NCBI GenBank assembly: GCA_963514005.1
Contig: OY740815.1
Location: 9,424,001-9,488,000, forward strand
DNA from: Raja brachyura
Taxonomy: Eukaryota
Length of the DNA stretch: 64,000 nucleotides
Reading direction: 5' to 3'
The notes beneath the pieces were generated by a model. It was not told where the DNA came from. It ran no database searches and saw only the letters and a list, made by a program, of their open reading frames with translations. Positions 37,991-50,445 of this stretch are shown here, piece by piece (the stretch's first letter is position 1; each line of letters starts with the position of its first letter). Both the position numbers and the translations under genes were made by a program.

Positions 37991-39364
37991 TTTTATTCAG
38001 AGTTTACCATTTGTGATTTCACTCACCGACTTGCATTTATTTGGTTTCACTCAATATCTTTGAACCATTGGAAGATTGTTTGAAAAGAGCAGTTTTAAGC
38101 ACATTATTAGACGTTTTTACTTATAATGATTTCTGAGAAGAATAAGGGAACAAGTTATTTCTGTAAAAGGATGTTAGAAATGGAATAGTTTAAATCTTGT
38201 TCAGAAATACTTTGGGCCCTTGTATTTGTATTGTGTTTTGAGAACTTGTCTATGGGTTCCAGTGCCTCCAGTATATGCAATGGTAGTCCTTCACTTATTT
38301 TCTGTATAGTAGTTCAGTTGGCATCCATAGTTAGAATAGCGGTTGACCATTGTGATGGAAGATCAACAAGGATTCCTGCTCCTTGTTGCAAGACAATAAT
38401 GGGAATCAAATGTAATATCACATTTGAAAGACTATAATCTCCCATCACCTACTGTTGAGTAGTGGCTGGTCATCAAAGCAGGGCAGGTTGCACTGAGGAG
38501 TTTCTGTGATAGATCTATGCATTAAGTATTAACGGAACAATGTCAGTAGTTTACAGCAGAAGTCACTGGATGGTAATCTACTATTAAGATTGCACCCACT
38601 GCATATGGACATACCATTGTCACCATCTGTCTCCTCTGAATTAAAACCTGAAAGATTGTGATACATCACTATTACATGGAGGTTGAATTAATGAAAATAA
38701 AATGGCAGGAACACATTTCTTTCTCCATTTCCCTCCCTCTATGCCTTTCCTTCATAAGCTGTTAGTTTCAGAACCCTTTAAAGACCCTGTGGAAATCAGT
38801 GTTTTGTAAATTATTATAAAATGTTGTATATAATGTTGACAACCTGAGTGAAGGTCAAGATTCTTTAATATGCCACTATCCTGGAATTTGAACTAATGCT
38901 TTGCATACTAATAAGAGCTCAATGCCAAAGCCAGCGGTTTCATAAGTGAAATTTATATTTGTAGAACTACAGGGTTTTCATGCTGGCACTGTTTTCCTGG
39001 ACTTTACTGGATTTTCAGTGCAAAATAAAAACCTGCGATTTTATTGTCAAATTATTCAACTAAATATTATCTCTTGATAGGCTTTTATAGCATTCACATC
39101 TTTTCATGCATATCCACTGTGGAACTAGCAGACTACATCTGGAGGAGTTGTGCCTGAAACTATTTGAATCATAATTGCAACATTCACTTTGGGAATTAGT
39201 GATTCCAGATTGCTCAGTATTTTACGGCTTGTGAGCTGGTGCAAATACCTCAATTAACCTGGGTTATGTAATTTTATTTTTTGCTGAACTACAGTTTTTT
39301 ACTCTATGCTTGCATTTCATATTATATCCGTTTTCATTGTTCTCTCCTTCACCTCTTGATGCAG

Positions 39365-39466
39365 AAAAGCTCATAGAGGGTCTGAAGTCCCCCGAGACTT
39401 CCTTTCTGCTTCCTGACCTTCTATCTCTTGCTGACCCCTTTGGGAGTAATGAGGATAATATCAATG
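39365..39466 (+). CDS. AAK1: AAK1 C-terminal-region exon (DPF)
   Basis: tgcag|AA..AATG|gtaaaa, 102 nt, phase 1-1; [34 protein letters not shown]. Confidence 0.92.
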
Positions 39467-40842
39467 GTAAAATTAAAATATCTGGGTGTATTTTTCTCAG
39501 CGTGCATGACCATCTTATAGGAATCTGGAGTATTTTCAACTGTTAGTTTTAGCCCCTTGTTGCGATCATGTGAAAATCAATGTTTTATAAATCACGATTA
39601 TAACACGTTGTACACAAAGTTGACGTCCTGGGTGAATATTTGTTCTAAGGGCCCCTTGATTTGGCATTTCACTGTGAAAATGTGGTGCATTCTCACTAGT
39701 ACGTTACACACATTAAAAGCAAAAGAGGGGGAGATGGCAGCAAAATGATATGAACCCTGTCGCTATGGTAGGGCATTGTAGCACTGTCATGTGGCAATGA
39801 CCTTGGTCTATGCATCCAGTCATCAGTAATTGGTCCCCAATCAGTTGTGTAAAATGTCTGACATTTGTATTTAGGGGTTGGAGTTGAAAATTCTCTTGTT
39901 CCTATTCTTGACACTTCCATTGACTCTGCTTGTGTTTCTGTCTGTCACAATACATTGTGAGTTGTTTATCGTGTCAGCTTCTTGCCCTGTTCCATCGTGT
40001 AGCATTTTTTCTATAGTGGATGGTGGTTGTGGTGTGACAGTCTGTGCCTTTTTCTAATGTGCCTGTAACTGTCTCAAGAAACACCCAGCTGCAACAGTGC
40101 GTGTAATGATATTCTTCAGTGTATGCCTGTGTTACATAGGCATTTTGATGGATCTCCTAGTTGACAACCCATGACTGCAACTTCTCATTTGCCTGAATTC
40201 TGTTTGTGACAAGAAAAAAATGTCCATTACTGATCATTTGATTTGTTCAAGCAGTGATACCAATTATCCAACGGGGAAACCTAAGATATTTTTGAGGGCT
40301 CTGAAAAAAAAAAGACAGAACAATGCATTCAAGTGTCAATCCTGTGACACCTACATTATTTGCCATTAATATTTGTTTGGCAACATTTTGCTTGCCACAT
40401 CATAATTGAGTTCATTCTGCATTCTGTTGAAATGTGCTACTGAGTCATGGCACATTGCAGAATCCTAATTTTCTACTCCATCAGCTTTAATGTGAATTAT
40501 TGTGAATAGCTTAGTATCCTTTTTAAAGACTGAAACATAATTCTGATGTACAGTCCTAATGAGATTAAGTAATATTAGTTTTAATTTTTTTCAAAGAACT
40601 TTAGTTAAACTTTCTTTGAGAATAATCTGAAGGAATTTAGTTGCTATATCTAAGTCTCTATCAATACTATGAAGAGTTAAGGGCTTATTATCATAGAGTA
40701 TAATATGGAAGGGTAGAAATATCTAAAGCTTTGCCCATTTACCTTCACGCTCTGTGGCAGCTTGGCTGTTTTCTTGATGCACCTTAACATTACTTCAATT
40801 GTCTGCTTGCATTTAATTTTTGTTTGTGCCCTGAATCAAAAG

Positions 40843-40919
40843 GAAATGCTGAGGTAGTGGTGGGAAATCTCATACCTGGATTTGAGTCTTCAACGACTCC
40901 CCAACTGGCACCACAGCAG
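40843..40919 (+). CDS. AAK1: AAK1 long-isoform exon, 3' end lost in assembly gap
   Basis: aaaag|GA, then GNAEVVVGNLIPGFESSTTPQLAPQQ running into Ns at 40920; resembles recalled human EKADVAVESLIPGLE. Confidence 0.8.
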
Positions 40920-41119
40920 NNNNNNNNNNNNNNNNNNNNNNNNNNNNNNNNNNNNNNNNNNNNNNNNNNNNNNNNNNNNNNNNNNNNNNNNNNNNNNNNN
41001 NNNNNNNNNNNNNNNNNNNNNNNNNNNNNNNNNNNNNNNNNNNNNNNNNNNNNNNNNNNNNNNNNNNNNNNNNNNNNNNNNNNNNNNNNNNNNNNNNNNN
41101 NNNNNNNNNNNNNNNNNNN
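40920..41119. other. Assembly gap (N run) inside an AAK1 exon
   Basis: 200 Ns, a round number suggesting a placeholder size. Confidence 0.99.
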
Positions 41120-42703
41120 AGAAAATACTTTCCTTCCATCACAGTGAGGAGGAGATTCACTGTGATGGATGTTTGTGTAAATTGAATGGTTTGTATGTTT
41201 TGTAGGAATTGTCTTTGTTTGCATAGCTGTGGAAACGGAGTTTCGTTTGAGCCTCACTGAGGTTCAAATGACATGGAATAGAATATTGTATTGTAACGTT
41301 ATTTTTCCATTAGAATAATTGGAATTTAGAATACATTACCCGATGGGGCAATTCGTATAGATTTGATTTTGGATTTAGGAAGGGAGTAGTATAAATATTG
41401 AGGCAAAAGTAATTGCGAGGATACAAAGAATTAACTGGGGGTGTGTAACCGATAAGATTGTTCTTTGAAGAGAGAATAATGTCCTTCTTCTGCAGCATTG
41501 TGTACTGTAGTGAACACTATTTTTCAAGATGTAATTGGGTTAGTGTGTTGGTGGTGGGAGAAAAATAGTGGCGTTTTAATGAATATGTTAGGTTATGGAG
41601 GCCATAAAATGGTTCAAACACAACAATTGTAGCTCGTTCTTCAAAATGATGTCTTCAGTTATTACATTCCTGTCTGTAGTGTAGTGAAAATGAAAGTAGC
41701 CTTGTTTTGTAACAGGGTTGGTTCCACCATTTTGAGTTTCCACGCTCCACACAGTGCAGAGCGTACCTTGTGTTGCGGAGCAGCACCAAGTAAACTGAAC
41801 CTGCAAAATCAATCCCAAACATGGGTGTAGATTTTCAGTAAATTTATACTGCAGCTTGATGTCCAAGCTGAGAAGCTGTAATACGAGACAAGGGGTTAAT
41901 ATGTATTTACATCAGCAGCAGATAAGTTTATCAAAAGCATTGTCTTTTCCTCCCCAGCGTTTAACTAAAGCATATATTCCACGGCAAACTTGGAATTACA
42001 GTGGAATTCCAAACGTGTTGTTAACAAAACCTACTAGAAATTGAGTCCTTTCCACTGAAACTTCAATTGTGTTTGTGCAACCCCTCTGGGAAATTGAACT
42101 GATATAATACATGTAATATGACAGTGAATCAATTTTTAAAATGAGCTTTAGTCAGGGAATATGTGAAAAGAACAGTGCACTGGCATTATGTCAATGCCAT
42201 GTCAGGCACTGCATCTGTTATGTTTAATTATAATTGAATTCTCCAGAATGCTGAGTATCATGTTTCTGAAAATTATGAAGTCCATTTTCAAAAATGTTCA
42301 ATAGTGGAACGTGTTTAGATGAAGAAATTCGAAGAGGTCAAATTTTACAGTTTTTAATTATGTTTTTTTTGTTACTTTGAAAGAATCTTTTCATCGAGTC
42401 ATACAGCAAGGAAACGGGCCCTTCAGCCCAACTTTGCCCATGCCGACCAAAATGCCCCATCTTCACTCGTCCCACCTGCCTGCATTTGGCCCAAATCCCG
42501 CTAAACCATTCCTATCCTTTTGCCTTGAGGTTAAAGTGTTTTAAAGGGGTAATTAAATATGATGATTTTACGGGGGAGACTTGCATGGAGAAATTAGTTT
42601 TTGTAAGCATCATGTAAGATTTTATAATGTTTTACTAATCATTTGCTGTATATCCTCTTTCTGCTTCCCTGCCTTGTACTTGCCACTGCTGAACCTTGCT
42701 CAG

Positions 42704-42814
42704 ACTCTCTCACTGGAGAGGACTCCATTCTTGACTACTCTCTCCTCTCTAACCCGGTGACTGAAATTATTGATGAATTTTCTCCTGTAGTTCCATCTGG
42801 GCAGGTTAAGCAAG
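42704..42814 (+). CDS. AAK1: AAK1 long-isoform exon
   Basis: ctcag|AC..CAAG|gtaagt, 111 nt; [37 protein letters not shown]. Confidence 0.92.
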
Positions 42815-43614
42815 GTAAGTGTCCTGTGTCCAGTCCTAATTGTTTCCTTTTAGTGGTAATTCTCAGCATTGATTCTTTTTCTTGCGAATATTCTTTTCCA
42901 TTTGTTTGCTTGCCCTCCACTCCATGGTTTTATTTAACTCTTTAACACATTTATATTAAAAAAAATGTTTCCAAATACAGTTTCCTATTTTAGTATTGAA
43001 GAGTAATTTTAATTTTAAAAGACACTGGGACAAAATGCTTAAATTTCCACAATAGAAGCTCTAAACAAAATTAAAACTAATGTTGGACTTTTGGTTTGTG
43101 AGAGAAGAGTACGGTGTTTCTATGGTTACCAAGTTATTGATTTAAAATGAGAGCTGTGTTTTTGCCATAGTTTTGTAAGTTTAAGTGATTTTTATTTGTC
43201 GCTCACAGCTGTCAAAGAAAGGCTGCATTGAATGTGTTAGTGGGTGGGCTTTTATTCATTCTTATTTTAATCAATTAAATTGACTGGTCTGTCGTGCCTT
43301 ACATTATAGTTTGAATTGAAAGGAGCACTGTTCACAAGATAGATTTGTTTCCTATTGGTGCATTCTCTACGGACTTGTGTGCAGATGGATTTTCGGATTT
43401 TCTGCACTGAATTCCTTAATTGGATTGTGTGGCCCATAATAGTTGATGGCTAAAATCAGATATTGTTCCATCGATTCTATATTTCTCATCCGTGCAAAAT
43501 GATCAATTTGATTCTAGACACTTTGATTTTAAATCTTGCTGAAAATGGGTGAATAAAATTGGCCCAAAATTCAACTGGACCTGCTCGCCATTCGATTTGT
43601 GGAAATTTCTGTTG

Positions 43615-44670
43615 TTTAGTTTATTATTGTTACATGCACCGAGGTGGAGTTCAAAGTTTTTTGTTGCGTGCCATCCAGCCACCAAAAATAATACACATGA
43701 ATACAATCAAGCCATCCACTGTGTACAGATACTGGATAAAGGGTATAACGTTTAGTGCAAGTTAGTCCAATACAATCCGATTCAAGATAGTTTGAATGTC
43801 TCCAATGAGGTCGATAGAAGGTGAGGATCTCTCTCACTAGCTGGTCATTTGTCTTATAACAGCTGGGGAGAAATCTGGAGGTGTGTGTTTTCAAACTTCT
43901 GTACCTCTTGCCTGATGGGAGAGGGACGAAGAGGGAGACTGGTCCTTGATTATCCTGGTGGCCTTGCCGAGGCAGCGTGAAGTGTAGATGGAGTCTGTGG
44001 ATAAGTGGTTAAGTCCACAACGTTCTGCAATTTCTTGCGGCATTGGATGGAGCTGTTCCCAAACCATGCTGTGATGAATCCTGAAACAATGCTTCCTCGG
44101 CTCTTCTGTGGAAGTTGGTGAGCATTGTTGGGGCCATGCTGAACGTCCGAAGCTTTCTAAGGAAGTAGAGCTGTTGGTGGGCTTTCTTGGCCATCTATTC
44201 GGTATGGCTGGTCCAAACCAAATTGCTGGTGATATTTATTATTAATAATCTGAAGCTTTTAACCATCTCTACTTTGGAGCCCTCAATGTTTCAAAGGTTT
44301 CAATGCTCTTTTATTGTCACAATTAAGGTACAATGATATGCAAATTACCATACAGCCATACGAAAAAAAAAGCAACAACTACATAAAAGTTAACACAAAC
44401 ATCCACCACAGCGGATTCCTCACTGTGATGGAAGGCAAAAAAGTCCAAACTTCTTCCTCTTTATTCTCCTGCGGTCGGGGCGATCGAAGCTCCCGCAGCC
44501 AGCAGTGGAATGTGTGCCTCAATGTGTCGATCCTGAAGTCAATCGCAATATCCTTTATCTTACTGACATGGAGGCAGAGGTGGCTGTCTTGGCACCAGGT
44601 TATAGGGTTATCAATCTCCTCCCTGTATTACGTCTCATCATTATTTGATATCCAATGCAAATTTGTTAAA
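43615..44670 (-). mobile_element. Rex1/Babar-type LINE fragment with nested insertion (44290-44516)
   Basis: KKAHQQLYFLRKLRTFSMAPTMLTNF and KTHTSRF; nested element flanked by cctcaatgt (44281-44289, 44517-44525). Confidence 0.75.
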
Positions 44671-44986
44671 TTTGCCCCAATAGCTTTATAAAAAAGATTC
44701 AAATATATATATTTAAACAGTGAAAATGGCAAGGATGACAATGCACGCATTGGCAATTGACAGAGGCAGAAAGGCGCAGTGACCAAAGTTAGACACAAAA
44801 TGTTGGAGTTACTCAGCAGGTCAGGCAGCATCTCTGGAAGCAAAGCTGAAGCAAAGCAAGAATTTCATTGTCCTATCTGGGACACATGACAATAAACTCT
44901 CTTGAATCTTGAGAAAAGAGAAAATAATTGACGATGAGCAGGCAGTGTGATTATTAATTGAATGCAACAGCGGCTAGTCAGTCTGT

Positions 44987-45140
44987 GTAAAAAGGTTTAC
45001 ACCGAAGATAGACCCAAAAATGCTGGAGTAACTCAGCGGGTCAGACAGCATCTCTGGAGAAAAGGAATAGGTGACATTTCCGGTCGACTGTCTGAAGAAG
45101 GGTCTTGACCCAAAACGTCCCCTATTCCCTTTTCTCCAGA
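44987..45140. mobile_element. Penelope-derived short element with hammerhead-like core
   Basis: gtctgaagaagggtcttgacccaaaacgtc between inverted tctggagaaaagg / cctttttctccaga arms. Confidence 0.65.
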
Positions 45141-45233
45141 GTGGCCAGACAGTAGTTTGCAGATTTCCAACGCATCTTCATTTAGTTGGGCTTTGCTGTT
45201 CACAGCTTGTTAATTCTGTAGGTAATGTTCTAG

Positions 45234-46013
45234 AAAACATAGAAAATAGGTGCAGGGGGAGGCCATTCAGCCCTTCGAGCCAGCACCGCCAATCATTGTG
45301 ATCATGGCTGATCATTCCAAATCAATAACCCATGCCTGCCTTCTCCCCATATCCCTTGACTCCAGTAGCTCCTGGAGCTCTATCTAACTCTCTCTTAAAT
45401 CCATCCAGTGATTTGGCCTCCACTGCCCTGTGTGCAGGGAATTCCATAAATTCACAACTCTCTGGGTAAAAAAGTTTTTTTCTCAGCTCAGTCTTAAATG
45501 ACCTCCCCTTTATTCTAAGACTGTGCCCCCTGGTTCTGGACTCACCCAACATTGGGAACATTTTTCCTGCATCTAGCTTGTCCAGTCCTTTTATAATTTG
45601 GCATCCCTTCATCCATTTTACTTGTCACATCCCCAAAAAATTCCAGAAGATTAGTCAAGCATGATTTCCCTTTCATAAATCCAAGTTGACTTGAACTAAT
45701 CCTTTTACTGCTATCCAAATGCTCCATTATTACCTCTATAATAATTGACTCCAGCATCTTTCCCACCACCGAAGTCAGGCTAACTGCTCTGTAATTCCCC
45801 GTTTTCTCTCTCGCTCTTTCTTGAAAAGTGGAATAACATTAGCTATCCTCCAATCCACAGGAACTGATCCTGAATCTATTGAACATTGGAAAATGATCAC
45901 CAATGCGTCCACTATTTCTAGAGCCACCTCACTGAGGACCCTGGGATGCAGACCATCAGGCCCGGGGGATTTATCATCCTTCAGTCCCATTAGCCTACCC
46001 AATACTATTTCTC
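45234..46013 (-). mobile_element. Internally deleted CR1 LINE
   Basis: KSPGPDGLHPRVL..DWRIANVIPLFKK and GFMKGKSCLTNLLEFF..SKMDEG joined directly to IIKGLDKL..GHSLRIKG. Confidence 0.88.
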
Positions 46014-47064
46014 ATTCTGTGTTGGTTTTGTTTTGAAGTCCATTTATATTGGTGTCTTTAAAGATGTATTATTCGCAAATATATGAAGAAATGTGTTCAC
46101 AAATTCATGGTGCATTATTGGTTATATATAATGTTTTGCGCATCATCGGTTTCAAAGCCTGTTTTATTAAGATTATAGGAGAATAAAAGCAGGAATTCAA
46201 TTATAGAAAGAAAATAGATAATTAATTATTCAGTACTATGAAAATACAGGTGGTCTTCATAATGGAAATATTGATCAGACTGAAGATAGACGCAAAAAGC
46301 TGGAGTAACAAAAAGCAGGATCGGACAAAAGTAGTTGGGGAGTAATGAAGGATTAGTTAAAGCATGCTCTGAGAATTTAGGCTATCCTAATTACTCGTAT
46401 AAAATGCCCATGTTCCCCGTTCATTGAAGGAATCTTAAGATCTAACAATGTTAGTCACTCATTGGTTTAAAAACATTTCTGTGGTGGAGTCTTGGTTAAT
46501 GGGTCAGAACTTTCTGGGAAATGCAGAGAAATGAAGAAGAGGAACAGCTGCAAGGGAAAAGTGCAAGAATTTGTTTGATTAAGTAATTTATATCATTAAG
46601 GGCATCCGGAGGAAGGCAGGAAAAGGGGTGAATGAGAAAAATAAATCTGCCATGATGGAATCCTGCTCCTATGTTTTATGGTCTTATAATGATTGTTATT
46701 ATTTGCTTTCATTTACTTTTTAAAATAATTTTAAAACAATTGTTTAATTTAGTTTTGATAATTTAAAATATTTCTGGAGATCAGGAACAATGAAACCCCT
46801 GACAGGGTGAACAGCTGGTCACTGGATGGTCATGACTTTGCCAGCTCTCGATTTATTTCAACTGGTCTGGATGGGGTTTGGTCTGGCATCCCATTTCCCC
46901 CAACACCCCCTTTCCAGATGTGACACCGTTTCATCACACGAGGTCCTACCATTGCACAGGACTTTACCATTTTAGATTGTGAGGGCAATTGCCAGCAAAT
47001 AGATGTTGGAGATCTGCAAATGGTCACTCCATAGTTCGTTCACATTATTGGGTTGAGCATGGTG

Positions 47065-47358
47065 GTGGCATGGTGGTAGATTTGCTGCCTTACAGCGCCA
47101 GAGACCCGGGTTCGATCCTGACTATGGATGCTTGTCTGTGCCGAGTGTGTACGTTCTCCTCATGACCTGCGTGGGTTTTCTCTGGGATCTCCGGTTTCCT
47201 CCCACGCTCCAAAGATGTACAGGTTTATAGGTTAATTGGCTTGGTATAATTGTAAATTGTCCCCAGTGTGTGCAGGATAGTGTTGATGTGCGCTGGTCAA
47301 AGTAGACTCGGTGGCCTGAAGAGCCTGTTTCCAGACTGTATCTCTAAACTAAACTAAA
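47065..47358 (+). mobile_element. V-SINE (HE1-like)
   Basis: gagacccgggttcgatcctgact..gggttttctctgggatctccggtttcctcccacgctccaaaga..(ctaaa)n. Confidence 0.85.
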
Positions 47359-47398
47359 ATGTTGGCAACAAGTTCTGGTCCGGTATTTTAATGAATTA

Positions 47399-47591
47399 AG
47401 GGCCTGTCCCACTTTCACGACCTCTGCCGAGTTTGCCCTTAACTCGTACTCGCAGCATGGTCGTCACTAAGTCGTAGGTAGGTTGTGATGCTAGTCGTAG
47501 GTACTCGTGGCATCAAGTAGGTCGGGGCGTTTTTCTAGCCTGATGAAAAATGTCCACAATTAAAAAAGGTCGTGAAAGTGGGACAGGGCAT
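47399..47591. mobile_element. PIF/Harbinger-like MITE (opposite orientation to the 13945 copy)
   Basis: TIR agggcctgtcccactttcacgacc / ggtcgtgaaagtgggacagggcat; TTA TSD. Confidence 0.78.
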
Positions 47592-48203
47592 TTATTTTAC
47601 TTCCCCCATTTAGGATTACTACAGTGTGTTGGTGAAAAAACATGCAAGGTGTTGTGTGCTCGTGTTACAAGAGTTAAGGAGATGTTTTAGAAACTGCAGT
47701 ATTCAACGGGTCGAGCATAGAGTTCGAGAGAAGGTTGTTCCTGATTTTCACCTGTGTGCCTTGTATCTTGAAGTCAGACATTTTAAAAAGGAAGGTGGAG
47801 AATAAAGTTGAAGTGTTTATTAAAGTGAAGTTGTTTTTCATTGCATGAGGTGGAAGCATGAGAGAGAAAGAAAGAAAGGTAAACATAAAACTCATGCAAA
47901 TTTGGTACTTGTCAAGAAATTAGTTGTCAAATCATTGACCCACAACATTCTGAAAAACAGATAAGTATATAACATAGAAATGAAACTTTTGGTTGGTGCA
48001 TTATTTTTGGCATATCCTACACTGTCCTGTTCATTATCACATGGTTGGCTCATATTGATAGAAAGTTTATATATCAATGGTAAAATATCCTTTTTACATG
48101 AACTAACATTGCTCAACTTAATCCTGCATTCTGTTTATATTTAACTTTTCTTTCACAAAAATCTTGCCTCTTATTATCACTGCTTCCCTTTTACATGCTG
48201 CAG

Positions 48204-48305
48204 AGGATACTAACCTCATCTCAGACTTTGATCTTTCTATTAAAAATGACAAAGTGGAAGATGATGAATTTGACCCCATTCCTGTGTTGTCAAAAAATTC
48301 ACAAG
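48204..48305 (+). CDS. AAK1: AAK1 penultimate coding exon
   Basis: tgcag|AG..CAAG|gtaagg, 102 nt; [34 protein letters not shown]. Confidence 0.92.
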
Positions 48306-49352
48306 GTAAGGATTTGAATGAAACATTTGCTGTTGTCTTATCCTCCCCCGCTTTTAATATTTCGTGCACTTTCCACAAAACCATCATTGGAAGAAAATAA
48401 TGCAAGCTTCGCTTTAGTAGTTCTAGTCTTCGTGAATTCACATATAAATCACACAATCCTCTTCCACAGCTATAACTACACAAATGGTTAAGTCTTAATC
48501 TAACAACTTTGCCATTTTATAGTCATACAGCTTGGAAACAGGCCCTTCGTCCCACTTTAGTTCTTACTGGCCATTAAGCACTCAAACTAATCTTATCCTA
48601 ATAACTTCCTCAAAATTTGTACTAATCCCATTATTAGTCGCCCCATGTTCCCCTCACCTGGCTCCAGATTCTGCTCATCACACCAGGGATTTATATAGCA
48701 TTTTTTTTTTCAGCCTTGGGATGTCCCAAAACTCTATGCAGTCTAGGTTTTCAAACTGAGAATTGGCTTTGTCTCCTCTTCTCATCTCCTATTGAAGGGA
48801 CGAGTGTGGTGAAAGGTATAAAATCATACAAAATAATTAATTAACACAGAGAGAATATGTATTTGCGATGGGGTGGTTGGGGAAAATGTGACAACGATTA
48901 CACTAAAGTGGGCCGTAGGAAAAGAAGTTTGGAGATTTCTGGCTGGAGCCATTGAATTAAATTCAGAGTAATTGTAACGGTAGAGAAGGAGACCAGTCAG
49001 CTGTTTGGAGTCCATGGCAACTATTAGAAAGATGACCGCAGCTGGTCACATTGCCCTGACTTTCAAAAGTGCAAGTTATGAAGTAAAGGAAAGACCACAA
49101 ATAAAGAAATAAAGACCATAAAGGAAAGTTCAGTAGATCTTGTGTTTTTGGTTTTGATCATTGAGGAATAAGCATTGGTTTGGGTATTTTAAGAACTTGC
49201 CTGCTGTATGAATGGCCAAAAAGATACTTTAATGCCTTGGTAAATAGAAAAATATGGTCTCAGTTTCACCTTGGATTCAAATAAAAGTGTGCCCACAGTG
49301 CTGCACTTGTTCAGTATTGACGTATTTGTCAATGTAATGCACTGTTATAGCA

Positions 49353-49730
49353 CAGAACATAGAACATAGAACAGTACAGCACAGGAACAGGTCCTTTGGC
49401 CCACATTGTTTGTGCCAAACATGATGCCTAGTTAAACTAATCTCACCAGCCTGTACATGATCCATGTCCCTTTATTCCCTGCGCTTCCATGTGCCTATCC
49501 AAAAGTCTCTTAAATGTCACTATTGCATTTGTATCCATTCCAGTGCATTCCAGACTCCCACCACTCTCTACGTTTAAAAAACAAAACCTGCCTGGCACAA
49601 CTCCATTAAACTTTCCCCCTCTCACGTTCTAGCTATACCCTCTATTGTTGAACATTTCCACCCTGGGGGAAAAAGGTTCTGACTACCCTATCAATGCCTC
49701 TCATAATTGTATATTCTTCTATCAAGTCTT
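49353..49730 (-). mobile_element. CR1 3' end
   Basis: agaacatagaacatagaac tail; TFKRLLDRHME. Confidence 0.75.
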
Positions 49731-50197
49731 ATAATGCACAATTTTCTAATGGCTGGGAATGCCACGTAATTCATTTTTTTTCCCACATTCAGAAAGTTGT
49801 CGTATTTAAAATAGTTATATAGAATGTATAATTAGAAAGGGTAATTTGCCACAGGAGATAGGCTCATTAACATTGAGTTAGTCCACCCTTCCAGCTGGCT
49901 ACCTTTCCCACATTCACTGGCGTTGCTGTTGTTTCTAAACTGATTATAATGTCGTTCCACCACCACATCCGCCAATCCATCATTTTGTTGATGTATTGTG
50001 ATCTTTAACTCTACCAGAACAAATAGTTTTAAGGTCAAGGTGACCCAAACACTGCCGAAACAAGAATATTGAGTCTCTTGGGTGAGGAAATGAAGCTAAA
50101 TGCAAAGAAAGCCAGCTGGTTTCGGAAACTGGCTCTTCCACAGATGCACCCAAGCTGTTGAAAGTAAATGTTGTAGCTTTAGAAAGGAGATGACGCA

Positions 50198-50445
50198 TCT
50201 TTAGAAAAGAGGTGAGGAGGAATTTCTTTATCTAGGGACTGGTGAACCTGTGGCATTCATTGCCACATACGTTAGTGGAGGACGAGCCTTTGGGTATTTT
50301 TAAAGCAGGGATTGACAGGCTCTTGATTAGTAAGGGTGTCAAAGATTATGGGGAGAAAGCAGGAGAATGGGGTTGAGAGGGAAAGATGCCATAATTGAAT
50401 GGCAGCACACTCGATGGGTCCAATGGCCTTATTCTGTACCTGTGA
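50198..50445 (+). mobile_element. CR1 3' end
   Basis: gaggtgaggaggaatttcttt..ggtgaacctgtgg..ggggagaaagcaggagaatgggg. Confidence 0.7.
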
